Positions 27,601-35,722 of a DNA stretch of 54,909 nucleotides are shown here, one piece after another (position 1 is the first letter of the stretch; each line of letters begins with the position of its first letter). This DNA comes from a virus (lineage: Duplodnaviria > Caudoviricetes). A program made the translations under genes and the position numbers. A model generated the notes under the pieces. The model did no database searches. It saw only the letters and a program-made list of their open reading frames with translations, and had not been told where the DNA came from. The stretch covers positions 1 through 54,909 of the IMG/VR virus record IMGVR_UViG_3300021425_000049. The stretch is one strand, 5' to 3'.

Positions 27601-30600
27601 TAAAGTTGCAAATACAACAGACAACCCAATTACACTTACAGGATCGAGTTTAAGTGGCGAATTCTATGGTGATCCAGTTAACATTGGTATTTCCAACGTC
27701 GACCTAGATGTTCTTGGAACATTTTCAACATTAGGTGTTGCTAGATTCTTACAGTCACAATTTGATGTGGATGCAGGCGGATCAGGACAAGTATTCATCA
27801 AAGACGGTGTTGTTGACGCAGGAACGTTGGATAGTTTAGACAGTGCTTACTTCCTCAATCCAAACAACCTAACCAGTCTTGTTCCTGTAACTAGAGGCGG
27901 AACAGGCATTGGAACTTATACTGTTGGTGCTATTGTATATGCACAATCAACATCAACACTAAATGAATTAGAAATAGGAAGACAAAATACTTTCTTAAGA
28001 TCAAACGGCACTACACCAGAGTGGGGCACAGCACTTGATCTTGCTGAAGGATTGGACGTTGGATCAGCAGCACTTACATCATCAAGCACAGGTGCTGGTA
28101 GAGTTTATAACAGCAATGTAAGTAGTTTAAAAATTGGAGGCGATGCAACCAATATTACAATTGGTAGTGCAGCAGGATCAAGAAATTTATTTACATTTAT
28201 TGCTAGCTATGAAGCAACAATTTCTAGAGATGTTGCAGTAAATTTAGAAAGCATAGTTGCAAACACTGCTGAAGCAGCAGGCAATGGCGACAAAGAAATT
28301 ATCTTATCAGATACAACTGGCATTTTGGCTGGAATGATTGTAACTGGTAGTGTGGCTATTCCTGCTAATACAACTGTAAGTGGTGTCACTGACGATGCAA
28401 TATATCTAAGTAATGCTACAACAGGAAGTATACTTACTAGCACTGCACTAACCTTTACTTATACTCCTTATACTTTAGGTATATCAGTTGGTGATAGAAT
28501 TAATATTGCAACCAGTGGTGTAACCAATCTAGACGGAACATGGCCTGTTAGTGGTGCTACGGCAACTGCTACATCTTTTACAATTAGAACAGACGATCTG
28601 GTTACAGCAGATCCGTTAGATGTTCCTGCAGGATCAGCTACCATTAACGGTAACCTAGTTCTTCGTAACGAAAGTATTGTAATAGGACAAGCAGAAACAG
28701 ATACTGCACCTAACGATGGAATTATAAAAGGGGTAAACGCACTTGGAACAGATGTTTCAGGTGGTGATCTTACTATACAAGCAGGGTTAGGCACAGGCGC
28801 TGCTACAGGCGGAGATGTTATTATCAAAACGGGAGACGTAGGTTCTACCGGTGATATACAAAATGATGCACAAGTAAGAATGCGTTTTAATGCAGGCGGC
28901 GATACAGAAGTTACTGGATACACAAATTTCTCAACAGATGGTGCAATAAACTTTCCTGTTGGTAATACCGCAGCTAGAACATCCCCACCAGCAGCAGGTG
29001 ATGCAAGATTCAACAGTGAGATTGTAGCATTTGAAGGCTACGATGGAACAAACTGGGCACCACTAGGTGGTGTAATTGATGTCGATCAAGACACAAAAAT
29101 CATTGCAGAGACAAGTGCAGGTGCTGATAACGATGACTTAGACTTCTTTACAGCAGGTGTCCAAAGATTGTCGATTGACCAGGATGGTGATTTTAGATTT
29201 GGTGCATCTATTAACAAAGTTATAATGGACGGCGCAACCGGCGACACTAACATTGCAGGCACATTAACTGTAGAAGGTGACTTTGTTGTAAATGGAACAA
29301 CCACAACAATCAACGCTACAACACTTACAGTTGATGATAAAAATATTGAACTAGGATCGGTTGCATCACCAACAGATGCAACAGCTAACGGTGGTGGTAT
29401 AACACTAAAAGGTGCTACAGATCACACAATAACATGGTCAAATGCTAACGCTAGTTGGGATTTCAGTGAACATGTAAATATTGTTAGCAACAAAGAATAC
29501 AGAATTGCAGATACCAAAGTGTTAGATGCAACATCTCTAGGTGCTAACATTGTTGATAGTAGCCTAGTAACCAGTGCGTTAACAACTGTTGGAGCTCTAG
29601 ACTCAGGTAGCATTACCAGCGGCTTTGGAAATGTTAATATCGGAACAAATACATTTACTGGTAACGGTAGTGGATTGACTACGCTAAATGCTAGCCAACT
29701 TACAACTGGCACTGTTGCAGGTGCTCGCTTAGGCGGTAATCAAACAATGGCAGGTGTTAAAACATTCAGTAACACCAGTTCTGCAACTTCAACTACAACA
29801 GGTGCTGTTAGAATAAGCGGAGGCTTAGGTGTTGCAGGAGCATTGTTTGCTGGTAGTCTAAACACAGCAGACGGTAGTGGTATAGGAAACTTGAATGCAA
29901 GTAACCTGGATAGCGGAACTGTTCCAAACGGTAGAATCACAGGCATATACAGTAACCTAACTGGAACTGGTGCTTTAAACCAAGGTAGTATTACAAGCGG
30001 CTTTGGAAATATTAATATTGGAACAAGCACATTTACAGGTAACGGTAGCGGTCTAACAAACGTGGATGCAGAAACACTAGATGGGTTAGATAGCACAGAC
30101 TTCTTACAACGCACTGGCGGAACAATGACTGGTAACATCACTTTCAGTGATGACCAAGAAGGTGTTGTTTGGAGTAGAAACACCGACGGTGCAAGTATTA
30201 GATTCTACAACACAGGTGATGGCGATAGTAACAGTAGACTAGAATTTAACATCAACGACAACGCCAACGAAGACTTCCGTTTCACATATACTCAAAGTGG
30301 AACAACAACAGAACTGCTTCGTATGTTACCAGATGGTGGACAAAATGGTATCACATTCCGTGGAAACACTGTTTGGCATGCTGGCAACGATGGACCAGGG
30401 TCAGGACTAAATGCAGACCTATTTGATAACCTAGGTAGCGGATCATTCTTACGCAGTGATGCAAATGACAGTTTCTCAGGAACACTTAGTGGTAGCGGCG
30501 CTATCAACATCAGCGGTAATATTACAGCTAATGTATTCACCGGAGATGGTAGCGGACTAACAGGTATCAGTGCCGACAATGCTAACACATTAGATGGATT

Positions 30601-31441
30601 AGATAGCACACAGTTCTTACGTAGCGATGCAACTGATATCATGACAGGTTGTTTGGTATTTAGAGGACAAGTTGACAACTATGACGGTAACGACAGAAGT
30701 GCCTACTGGGATTATGACAACAAAGTTGCAGCAGCTTTTGAACCAGCTGCTAACGACGGTGCTGTTGCTATACTATTCAAATCGGTAGGTAACTCACCAA
30801 GTGACTTTGCATACATTGTTTATGACGAAGATTATCCAGAAGCAGGAGTTTCTGCTGGTGAAATTGGTTGTTTACTTTTAAGTTCACAAAATGACGGAAC
30901 AGGATCATCTGACCATGTGCGTGTGAAATCTCGTTTGGTTGTTGAAGCTGATATCTCAAGTAGTGATCCTACCAATGCTTTCCAAGTTAAAGCAACCAAC
31001 ACCACAACAGACTTGTTTAGAGTTGCACGTGGCGGCGGAGTTTTCTCATCCGGCGAAGTTACAGCTTATTCATCAGATGCCAGATTGAAAACAAATATAA
31101 GCCCAATTACAAATGCTATTGAAAAAGTAAAACGCTTGAATGGTGTAAATTATGATTGGGTTGAAAACATCGAAGAGTTAGGATTTAATCCTAAAATCAA
31201 ATACAATGATGCAGGTGTGTTAGCACAAGAAGTGCAAAAAGTGCTTCCACAGGCTGTTGCACCAGCACCGTTTGATGTAAGTGTTAATCCGTCAACTGGA
31301 GAAGAAACCAGCAAGTCAGGCGAAGAATACTTAACAGTTAAGTATGAAAAGATGGTTCCGTTGCTTATAGAAGCAATCAAAGAACAGCAAAACGAAATCG
31401 ACGAACTCAAGGAGATGGTTAAGAAACTACTCGATAAATAA
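21680..31441 (+). CDS. Giant tail fibre protein with beta-helix, 3 phycobiliprotein-like repeats and a C-terminal S74 intramolecular chaperone
   Basis: N-terminal IRHKRS..GELAINTADG fibre motif; HG(F/L/M)xxG(D/Q) beta modules; LDGLDSxxFL fibre repeats; SDARLKTNI..GVLAQEV..LLIEAIKE chaperone. Confidence 0.85.
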   Translation: MATKIRHKRSAVAGKQPLVSQLDSGELAINTADGKVFLLRDDSTVQDITKRIFDNDTEIVVTDQGAENVAEINVRMNGVDTAQFTAAGMNLYNDLDIENAKTLTFKELTAAGDDGVGIKAPDVLDSGYNMTLPPSQGTVGQILATNGSGELFFQDADIFGGNTVYVSQEQGDDANDGQSAPVRTVKRACQIASGLVYNADGSINFKRVNIKVAVGDYTEQNPIIVPDNTVIKGDGLRGCIIRPANANLDMLRVRNACYFGEFTFRDGVDNNFVPTITADYAVAFDDPFDPAVTDRADYTNLPDTRPTIFTSPYIQNCSIISFLGMNGAKIDGSKVESPNVPTYGIEAENPVIGAIPEQGKSMVANAFTILSFGGTAWRLTNDAYAQIVSCFEIFLLNGVYCQSGGYCSITNSATNFGLYALRASGFSPKAFQFDRSFVTATGAADGKQTVSIVGINRDAPVEEFVLRFRESEYKKAYELLLSNKDLIASDVVTWINGQISAATPSIWAGFTYNEDKCKRDVQKILDAIRYDILFNSNYRTISAALRYFNGNGTYFLNNQVDQTVAAFAQAKTYTANYLSDATATSRANALWDEVIDIIQNGEGNADAYSYPTPTSGTDNASDTGYLNAATQLTNNTAFIKDEVNSWIADQVSGEIAPFTSSFVYDTAKCARDIGLIIDALIYDLTYGGNLQTYEAALAYFVDGVAQYGSGQLEETVAAYGRLKTVVEQVIVETAVTTSSGTVETQDTTADAGSAAAATTAGDRIQEIIDYLNDSSTLPTRIEPDLTWVNSNPEYSAYAELDTTGQINIAQNVTQWINEQIQANIWYGFTYDASKCNRDTQLIVEAVAKDTWDTGNRYSRSAGLAYYTRNLQDSSQITISGQELQTIAAIDYAKTEALTYISSLATAVQDFVGASFDIVTTIINDPNDLPDPTEVSSAGDITNNYKTTPTETTFNAATAVNATTNIITIVGHGFTNGQKVIYDPNGNAVIQGLDDEQQYYVKLLSEDEFTLAFDDSLDFDVNIISTSTGTHKFLSGVIEFFVDEILSSHTTYQTLELESGSEGFEFVPGRAITGTTGSNNNSAIVTSWTPRDRLLVVSIEEVAVGQSLLRIQFDETSVIDSDHTSGTPNTNIGVNEAASKLGLGTATFSVTATDGSSALSNLSNLPEVQCWFHRPSVVNSSAHTWEYAGSGTDYNALPQNGGNTRSEYEQFEELPGRVYSSGTNELGDFKVGDFITAFNRTGNITFRNKVQVDELDALRLSLSDVAIEEISTSVNLGDDEIGGPADSRLPTQLAVRSFISNRLGGFVDKTVSTAAVPGAIVQLNVNGQLNPDLIPATRQFTNTNTPGYQSRLEQVDDIPAVDLKAGDIATENYEQVELALSGIITANDGDEITQPGVAGAVAYSKGNYSLSTNILVVTQGGAWDDNEDSTGDPWEVSAGNLFVNGVDSGVNITSKGPSTEIVDNWFLRSSNSSQFLVLDATQSYTFTTDETCSLTFAERNSDIATVTTSAAHNLQVGNTVQILNTTDETFNENGLVLSVPSSTTFTYTNVDSADPTKASAAATGTVRTIVTSADGNAQGAVTEFRSGIAVNVDNANIVGGSGYQPVLGTLVYESVPLQAKTGSGTGATANLTITAGQVTDVDVNRGGTGYAVGDLLEINASDVGGTGSGFEIEVTAIEKRAYVNILGGELFVASASSLDFVEDNTAVATAKEINLDDVITHNFLAGDVSGGGNVDYTTYRITIPNHGMKNGDPVLYDTIGNVPIGGLLNEQVYYVKRIDSNTIELYEGFALLNQVEFTSTPANNNHNITRQTINITDNSIIVEDHGLTTGDAIRFESLTDGSSANELFGTVGAGGPVDTGSRFFVGSVTTNSFTIHALRSDALSSINDLVTNAQDITTIGVGTAEVITNNVQVESVINTSSRLLDNWNTLAVTNIDAENIISGTISPSRLASAGTPNTDTFLRGDSSYQTVVQSLKVANTTDNPITLTGSSLSGEFYGDPVNIGISNVDLDVLGTFSTLGVARFLQSQFDVDAGGSGQVFIKDGVVDAGTLDSLDSAYFLNPNNLTSLVPVTRGGTGIGTYTVGAIVYAQSTSTLNELEIGRQNTFLRSNGTTPEWGTALDLAEGLDVGSAALTSSSTGAGRVYNSNVSSLKIGGDATNITIGSAAGSRNLFTFIASYEATISRDVAVNLESIVANTAEAAGNGDKEIILSDTTGILAGMIVTGSVAIPANTTVSGVTDDAIYLSNATTGSILTSTALTFTYTPYTLGISVGDRINIATSGVTNLDGTWPVSGATATATSFTIRTDDLVTADPLDVPAGSATINGNLVLRNESIVIGQAETDTAPNDGIIKGVNALGTDVSGGDLTIQAGLGTGAATGGDVIIKTGDVGSTGDIQNDAQVRMRFNAGGDTEVTGYTNFSTDGAINFPVGNTAARTSPPAAGDARFNSEIVAFEGYDGTNWAPLGGVIDVDQDTKIIAETSAGADNDDLDFFTAGVQRLSIDQDGDFRFGASINKVIMDGATGDTNIAGTLTVEGDFVVNGTTTTINATTLTVDDKNIELGSVASPTDATANGGGITLKGATDHTITWSNANASWDFSEHVNIVSNKEYRIADTKVLDATSLGANIVDSSLVTSALTTVGALDSGSITSGFGNVNIGTNTFTGNGSGLTTLNASQLTTGTVAGARLGGNQTMAGVKTFSNTSSATSTTTGAVRISGGLGVAGALFAGSLNTADGSGIGNLNASNLDSGTVPNGRITGIYSNLTGTGALNQGSITSGFGNINIGTSTFTGNGSGLTNVDAETLDGLDSTDFLQRTGGTMTGNITFSDDQEGVVWSRNTDGASIRFYNTGDGDSNSRLEFNINDNANEDFRFTYTQSGTTTELLRMLPDGGQNGITFRGNTVWHAGNDGPGSGLNADLFDNLGSGSFLRSDANDSFSGTLSGSGAINISGNITANVFTGDGSGLTGISADNANTLDGLDSTQFLRSDATDIMTGCLVFRGQVDNYDGNDRSAYWDYDNKVAAAFEPAANDGAVAILFKSVGNSPSDFAYIVYDEDYPEAGVSAGEIGCLLLSSQNDGTGSSDHVRVKSRLVVEADISSSDPTNAFQVKATNTTTDLFRVARGGGVFSSGEVTAYSSDARLKTNISPITNAIEKVKRLNGVNYDWVENIEELGFNPKIKYNDAGVLAQEVQKVLPQAVAPAPFDVSVNPSTGEETSKSGEEYLTVKYEKMVPLLIEAIKEQQNEIDELKEMVKKLLDK

Positions 31442-31470
31442 AAGGATAGCCAGATTTACTGGCTATCTTT
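31442..31470 (+). terminator. Rho-independent terminator
   Basis: AAGGATAGCCAG-ATTTA-CTGGCTATCTTT. Confidence 0.8.
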
Positions 31471-31471
31471 C

Positions 31472-31500
31472 TTGACACGTTTTAAATAGTGTGTTAGCAT
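31472..31500 (+). promoter_or_regulatory. Sigma70-type promoter with an embedded late-like TTAAATA
   Basis: TTGACA, 17 nt spacer, TAGCAT; TTAAATA at 31482-31488. Confidence 0.6.
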
Positions 31501-31522
31501 AAACTAAGAAACAGGAAAAATA

Positions 31523-31699
31523 ATGCCATTACCTCCTACCGGAAGCCAAATTACAATGAGTCAGATCCGCAACTACTTTGGATCATCAACAACTCCGATA
31601 AACCTAGGCGGAACATTGGGCCCTTTTATTGGCATTTCAAATGGTAATACTATTTCAATGAGTAGTAGTTTTGGTGGTTATTATTTCCCAGCAACATAA
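31523..31699 (+). CDS. 58 aa protein missing from the ORF track, possibly fibre-associated
   Basis: AGGA SD then MPLPPTGSQITMSQIRNYFGSSTTPINLGGTLGPFIGISNGNTISMSSSFGGYYFPAT; fills the intergenic gap. Confidence 0.75.
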   Translation: MPLPPTGSQITMSQIRNYFGSSTTPINLGGTLGPFIGISNGNTISMSSSFGGYYFPAT

Positions 31700-31711
31700 T
31701 AGGAGCACACT

Positions 31712-32083
31712 ATGAAAACACTTTATGAAGTCTTGAATGTAGACTTGGCCGAAGAATATACAAAGGTAAGAAAAGAAAACACTTTACTTGCTCTTGATCT
31801 AGACGACGAACTAGAAGCACAAGTTATTGCAGAAATTCAAGCTATGGATATTCCAGAAGATGATGAAAGTTATCACTGGACACACAAATTTGGAAAATTA
31901 GCAGGAGCAGATCTTTTAACCTTAGGAAAAGTTCAACCAGAAAACATGTTGGCTATGGCTAATCTAGGAGACGAAGATTTCCAAAAAGCAGTGAAAATTG
32001 CAACAACTTCTGCACGTTCAATGAATACGCTTACAGTAGAAGCAGAAAAAGAACTTAATCAAGAGACAGCACCAACACTATAA
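31712..32083 (+). CDS. Hypothetical protein
   Basis: 123 aa; AGGAG SD. Confidence 0.75.
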   Translation: MKTLYEVLNVDLAEEYTKVRKENTLLALDLDDELEAQVIAEIQAMDIPEDDESYHWTHKFGKLAGADLLTLGKVQPENMLAMANLGDEDFQKAVKIATTSARSMNTLTVEAEKELNQETAPTL

Positions 32084-32673
32084 TGCAATTAAGTATTTGT
32101 ATTCCTGCTCGAGATCAGGTTCATACAGTATTTGCTCGTAGTCTTGCGTATCTTACAAGTAAACTTACTGCAAAGAATATAAATTATGATTTGCATATTG
32201 TGTCAAGCAGCGTTATTGCTGAATCAAGAACACGGTTAGCAAATGAAGCATTGAATGCAAATGCTACTCATTTGCTTTGGTTAGATACTGATTTACATTT
32301 TCCACCAACTATAGTAGATACCTTTTTAAAACACGACAAAGATATTGTAGCAGCAAACTATAGCACTAGATACAGTCCTTACCAATCTGTTGCATTTACT
32401 GATCCTGACAATATAGAGGAAAGATTGGATGCTACTCGTGGTTTACACAAGGTGTGGGCAGTGGGTATGGGATGTATGATGATAAAAGCAGAAGTTTTTG
32501 ACAAACTTCCTAAACCTTGGTTTGCTCATCAATATAATAATGAAACCGATAACTTCAGCGGCGAGGATATATATTTTTGTAATCTAGCATACAAACACAA
32601 CATTGATGTTTGGATTGATGCAGATGTAAGTATGCAAATGGCACATATAGGAATAAAGGCTAATAAGTTATGA
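32083..32673 (+). CDS. GT-A fold glycosyltransferase (GT2-like)
   Basis: ICIPARD start, IAESRTRL, LWLDTD (DxD), GMGCMMIK, GEDIYFC. Confidence 0.8.
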   Translation: MQLSICIPARDQVHTVFARSLAYLTSKLTAKNINYDLHIVSSSVIAESRTRLANEALNANATHLLWLDTDLHFPPTIVDTFLKHDKDIVAANYSTRYSPYQSVAFTDPDNIEERLDATRGLHKVWAVGMGCMMIKAEVFDKLPKPWFAHQYNNETDNFSGEDIYFCNLAYKHNIDVWIDADVSMQMAHIGIKANKL

Positions 32674-35300
32674 GAGCTATAGACAGATTTGAAAAATATG
32701 GTAGTCCGACTTTTAATGGACAAGATTATTTAAAAAATCATATTTTGGATAAATTTCCAATTGTAAAAACTGGAGATACAAATAATCTCGAACAAGTATG
32801 GAAAAACAATTATGATAGCGAATATGTATGGCTTGTTGATGACAGTATAAGAACCTTTGATACATTTCCTTGGTATTTTAGGCCTAGACAAGAAGAAGAA
32901 ACGTGTATTCATAAATTTCCATATGTGCATAAGAATAGCAAGAAAATTATCAGTTATGATAAAGTAAAACTGGTTCCTACACAAAAACAAAAGTATAAAG
33001 AAATAGAACACAATTATATTTGCGGATGTTACGATCCTTATTATGGAAAAGAAAAGTTTGATATTTTCTTTATAGACGGCGACAGCACTCAAAAAGAATG
33101 GGCTATGAATAATATTCCTAATGTGCAAATCGTAGAATCTTTTGAACAAGCACAGCAAAGATCGTTTACTGATATGTTTTGGGTTGTATGGCATGATACA
33201 ATAATGCGTCCAACATTTAAGTTTTCATATGTGCCAGACGATTGGAGTTTAGATTATGTTCATACTTTTGGCAATGGAGATTTAGATCAGCTTGATGGCA
33301 TTATACTTTGTCCAAAAAACTATGCAATGACTGATAAAGAGTTAGAACACAGATTTTTTGCCAAAAAGAAAGAAATAAGAATTGTAGCTAGCGATCCAAG
33401 AAAGTTTGATCAATTTAAAATAAACAATTACAATGATTATCAACACGCATTCAAATACAGCACTACAGAAATGTTTTGGGGAATACCCGACTGTATTGAC
33501 ATTGTAAATGATGATATTTTTTCAATGTATATTTCTTATCATAATAAAGCTGATAGAAAACAAAATCATGTGTTTAAAAATGGAACACGCTACGACGGGC
33601 TTGTGTTGTATAGCAAGCATAGCATAGTGACCGAAAAAGAAATAATTTATAAATTTATTGCATCTAGAATTGAACACGATTTAGAAGTAAGTAAACCTAA
33701 ACCATTTGATAGATTTACTATAAACACTTACGAAGATTATCTCAATGCTATAAAAGATACTACCACAGATATGTTCTGGGGCATTCCGGATGACGTTGAT
33801 GTAAAAAAAGATTTTAAATGGGACGAAGAATTAGACAAAGATGAAATAGATAGAAGAACAAATTACATTTTCTTAAATGGTGAGCATAGAGACGGTGTAG
33901 TGCTGTTTAATAAGTTTGAAGAAGTTACAGTTAAAGAAATTGAGAATAGATTTTTTGTTAACAAAAAAGAATTAGATATTGTTGCCAGCGAACCAAAGAA
34001 GTATGATAAATTTACCATAGATACTTATGAAGATTATACTAATGCATTGTATAGCAGCAAGACAAATATGTTTTGGGGAGTGCCTAGCGATGTAATTGTT
34101 AGAGACGATTTTGATTTTTCATTGTATTTTAGTCATTATAATAACCATGATAGAAATACTAATCATATTTTCAATAATGGAAAATACAAAGACGGAGTTG
34201 TGCTTTTTAGTAAAAATTCTTTAGTCAGTGAAAAAGAAATAGAACATAGATTTTATATTACAAAAAAAGAATGGAATATAGTTGCTAGCGATCCTAAGCC
34301 GTATCCTGTTTTTAATGTTAATAATTACAAACAGTATTTAGAAGCATTTGATAAATCTCCTACTGATTTATTTTTTATTAAACCTGATGATATCATTGTA
34401 AATGATGATTTCAATTGGAATTTTTATATCGATCATCATAATCAATACGAAAGAAAAATAAATCATGTTTGGAAAAACGGCGAGTATTTTGACGGTATTG
34501 CATTAACTAGTAAATCTTTGAATTTAACAGATAGAGAAATTGAGCATAGATTTTATGCCATCAAAAAAGAATACGACACACAAGCCAGCAAACCTAAACC
34601 TTTTGATATTGTTTTTATAAGTTACAATGAGCCTAATGCAGATGAAAATTTTAAAAAACTTACTGAAAAATTTCCTAATGCAAAAAGAGTAAATGGTGTA
34701 AAAGGAATACACCAAGCACATATTGCTGCTGCCAAAATAGCAAAAACAGATATGTTTTGGGTTGTAGATGCAGATGCACAAATTATTGATGACTTTGAAT
34801 TTGATTATCAAATTAGTCATTACGATTTAGATGGACGAAACACAGTGTATGTATGGAGAAGTTTAAATCCTATAAACGGATTAATTTATGGGTATGGCGG
34901 AGTTAAATTATTACCTAAGCATTTAACTTTGAATATGAATACAAACACGCCTGATATGACTACAAGTATAAGTCGAAACTTCAAAAGTGTGCCACAAATG
35001 AGCAACATAAGTGCATTTAACACTGACGAGTTTTCTACATGGAAAAGTGCATTTAGAGAATGTGTAAAGTTAGCCAGCAAATCTATAGACAGACAAAATG
35101 ACGAAGAAACTGAGTTTAGATTAAATGCATGGTGCACCAGAGGTATTGACAAACCATTCGGTGATGCGGCGATTAGCGGTGCTATTCACGGCAAAAAATA
35201 CGGTGAATTTGCGGCGAATAATACTGAAGCATTGAAAAAGATAAATGATTTTGAATGGCTAGAAGAACAGTTTAAGCAATCATATCAACAAGACGTATAA
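32670..35300 (+). CDS. Protein with tandem degenerate GT-A-like repeats and a C-terminal glycosyltransferase-like domain
   Basis: About 100 aa repeats with TxMFW motif; last unit FISYNEPNA..GIHQAHIAAA..MFWVVDAD..YGYGGVKL. Confidence 0.7.
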   Translation: MRAIDRFEKYGSPTFNGQDYLKNHILDKFPIVKTGDTNNLEQVWKNNYDSEYVWLVDDSIRTFDTFPWYFRPRQEEETCIHKFPYVHKNSKKIISYDKVKLVPTQKQKYKEIEHNYICGCYDPYYGKEKFDIFFIDGDSTQKEWAMNNIPNVQIVESFEQAQQRSFTDMFWVVWHDTIMRPTFKFSYVPDDWSLDYVHTFGNGDLDQLDGIILCPKNYAMTDKELEHRFFAKKKEIRIVASDPRKFDQFKINNYNDYQHAFKYSTTEMFWGIPDCIDIVNDDIFSMYISYHNKADRKQNHVFKNGTRYDGLVLYSKHSIVTEKEIIYKFIASRIEHDLEVSKPKPFDRFTINTYEDYLNAIKDTTTDMFWGIPDDVDVKKDFKWDEELDKDEIDRRTNYIFLNGEHRDGVVLFNKFEEVTVKEIENRFFVNKKELDIVASEPKKYDKFTIDTYEDYTNALYSSKTNMFWGVPSDVIVRDDFDFSLYFSHYNNHDRNTNHIFNNGKYKDGVVLFSKNSLVSEKEIEHRFYITKKEWNIVASDPKPYPVFNVNNYKQYLEAFDKSPTDLFFIKPDDIIVNDDFNWNFYIDHHNQYERKINHVWKNGEYFDGIALTSKSLNLTDREIEHRFYAIKKEYDTQASKPKPFDIVFISYNEPNADENFKKLTEKFPNAKRVNGVKGIHQAHIAAAKIAKTDMFWVVDADAQIIDDFEFDYQISHYDLDGRNTVYVWRSLNPINGLIYGYGGVKLLPKHLTLNMNTNTPDMTTSISRNFKSVPQMSNISAFNTDEFSTWKSAFRECVKLASKSIDRQNDEETEFRLNAWCTRGIDKPFGDAAISGAIHGKKYGEFAANNTEALKKINDFEWLEEQFKQSYQQDV

Positions 35301-35709
35301 CTGTTTCTAATTTGCTTTGATTTGTTTTATTTCTTAACGTATTGTTTAGACCTTGATGCAAAGGCTTGGGCCATTTTTTAAATGCTACCCATGCATATCC
35401 ATCATGTTCGTTGTTTAATTTTGGAATAAATTCGTTTTCTACTACACACAAATATGTGTGAAAATGGAAAAACTGATCATTAGAAATAAAACTTTCCAAC
35501 GGAACAGTTTTCTTTATTTCGGGTGTTTCGCCTATCTCTTCTACGATTTCTCTTTGCAAACCTTCCCAAGGAGTTTCGCCGTCTTCATTAGTGCCTCCAA
35601 CTAGTCCCCATAATTCTTTTTGTTTACCTTGGGTTCTATGGAGTAGCAAAAAACGTTTAGTTTTTAAACTATAGAATAAGGTTCCGCTGCATGTAATTTT
35701 TTTATTCAT
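35272..35709 (-). CDS. Nudix hydrolase
   Basis: Nudix box GTNEDGETPWEGLQREIVEEIG (Gx5Ex7REUxEExG). Confidence 0.9.
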   Translation of the reverse strand: MNKKITCSGTLFYSLKTKRFLLLHRTQGKQKELWGLVGGTNEDGETPWEGLQREIVEEIGETPEIKKTVPLESFISNDQFFHFHTYLCVVENEFIPKLNNEHDGYAWVAFKKWPKPLHQGLNNTLRNKTNQSKLETVIRLVDMIA

Positions 35710-35722
35710 AAAAATAGTTATA

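Noticed and set aside
22130-31410. Many minus-strand ORFs inside the giant fibre gene (likewise in the sheath, tape measure and 1062 aa genes)
   Set aside because: Antisense artefacts of codon bias, fully nested in well-supported genes.
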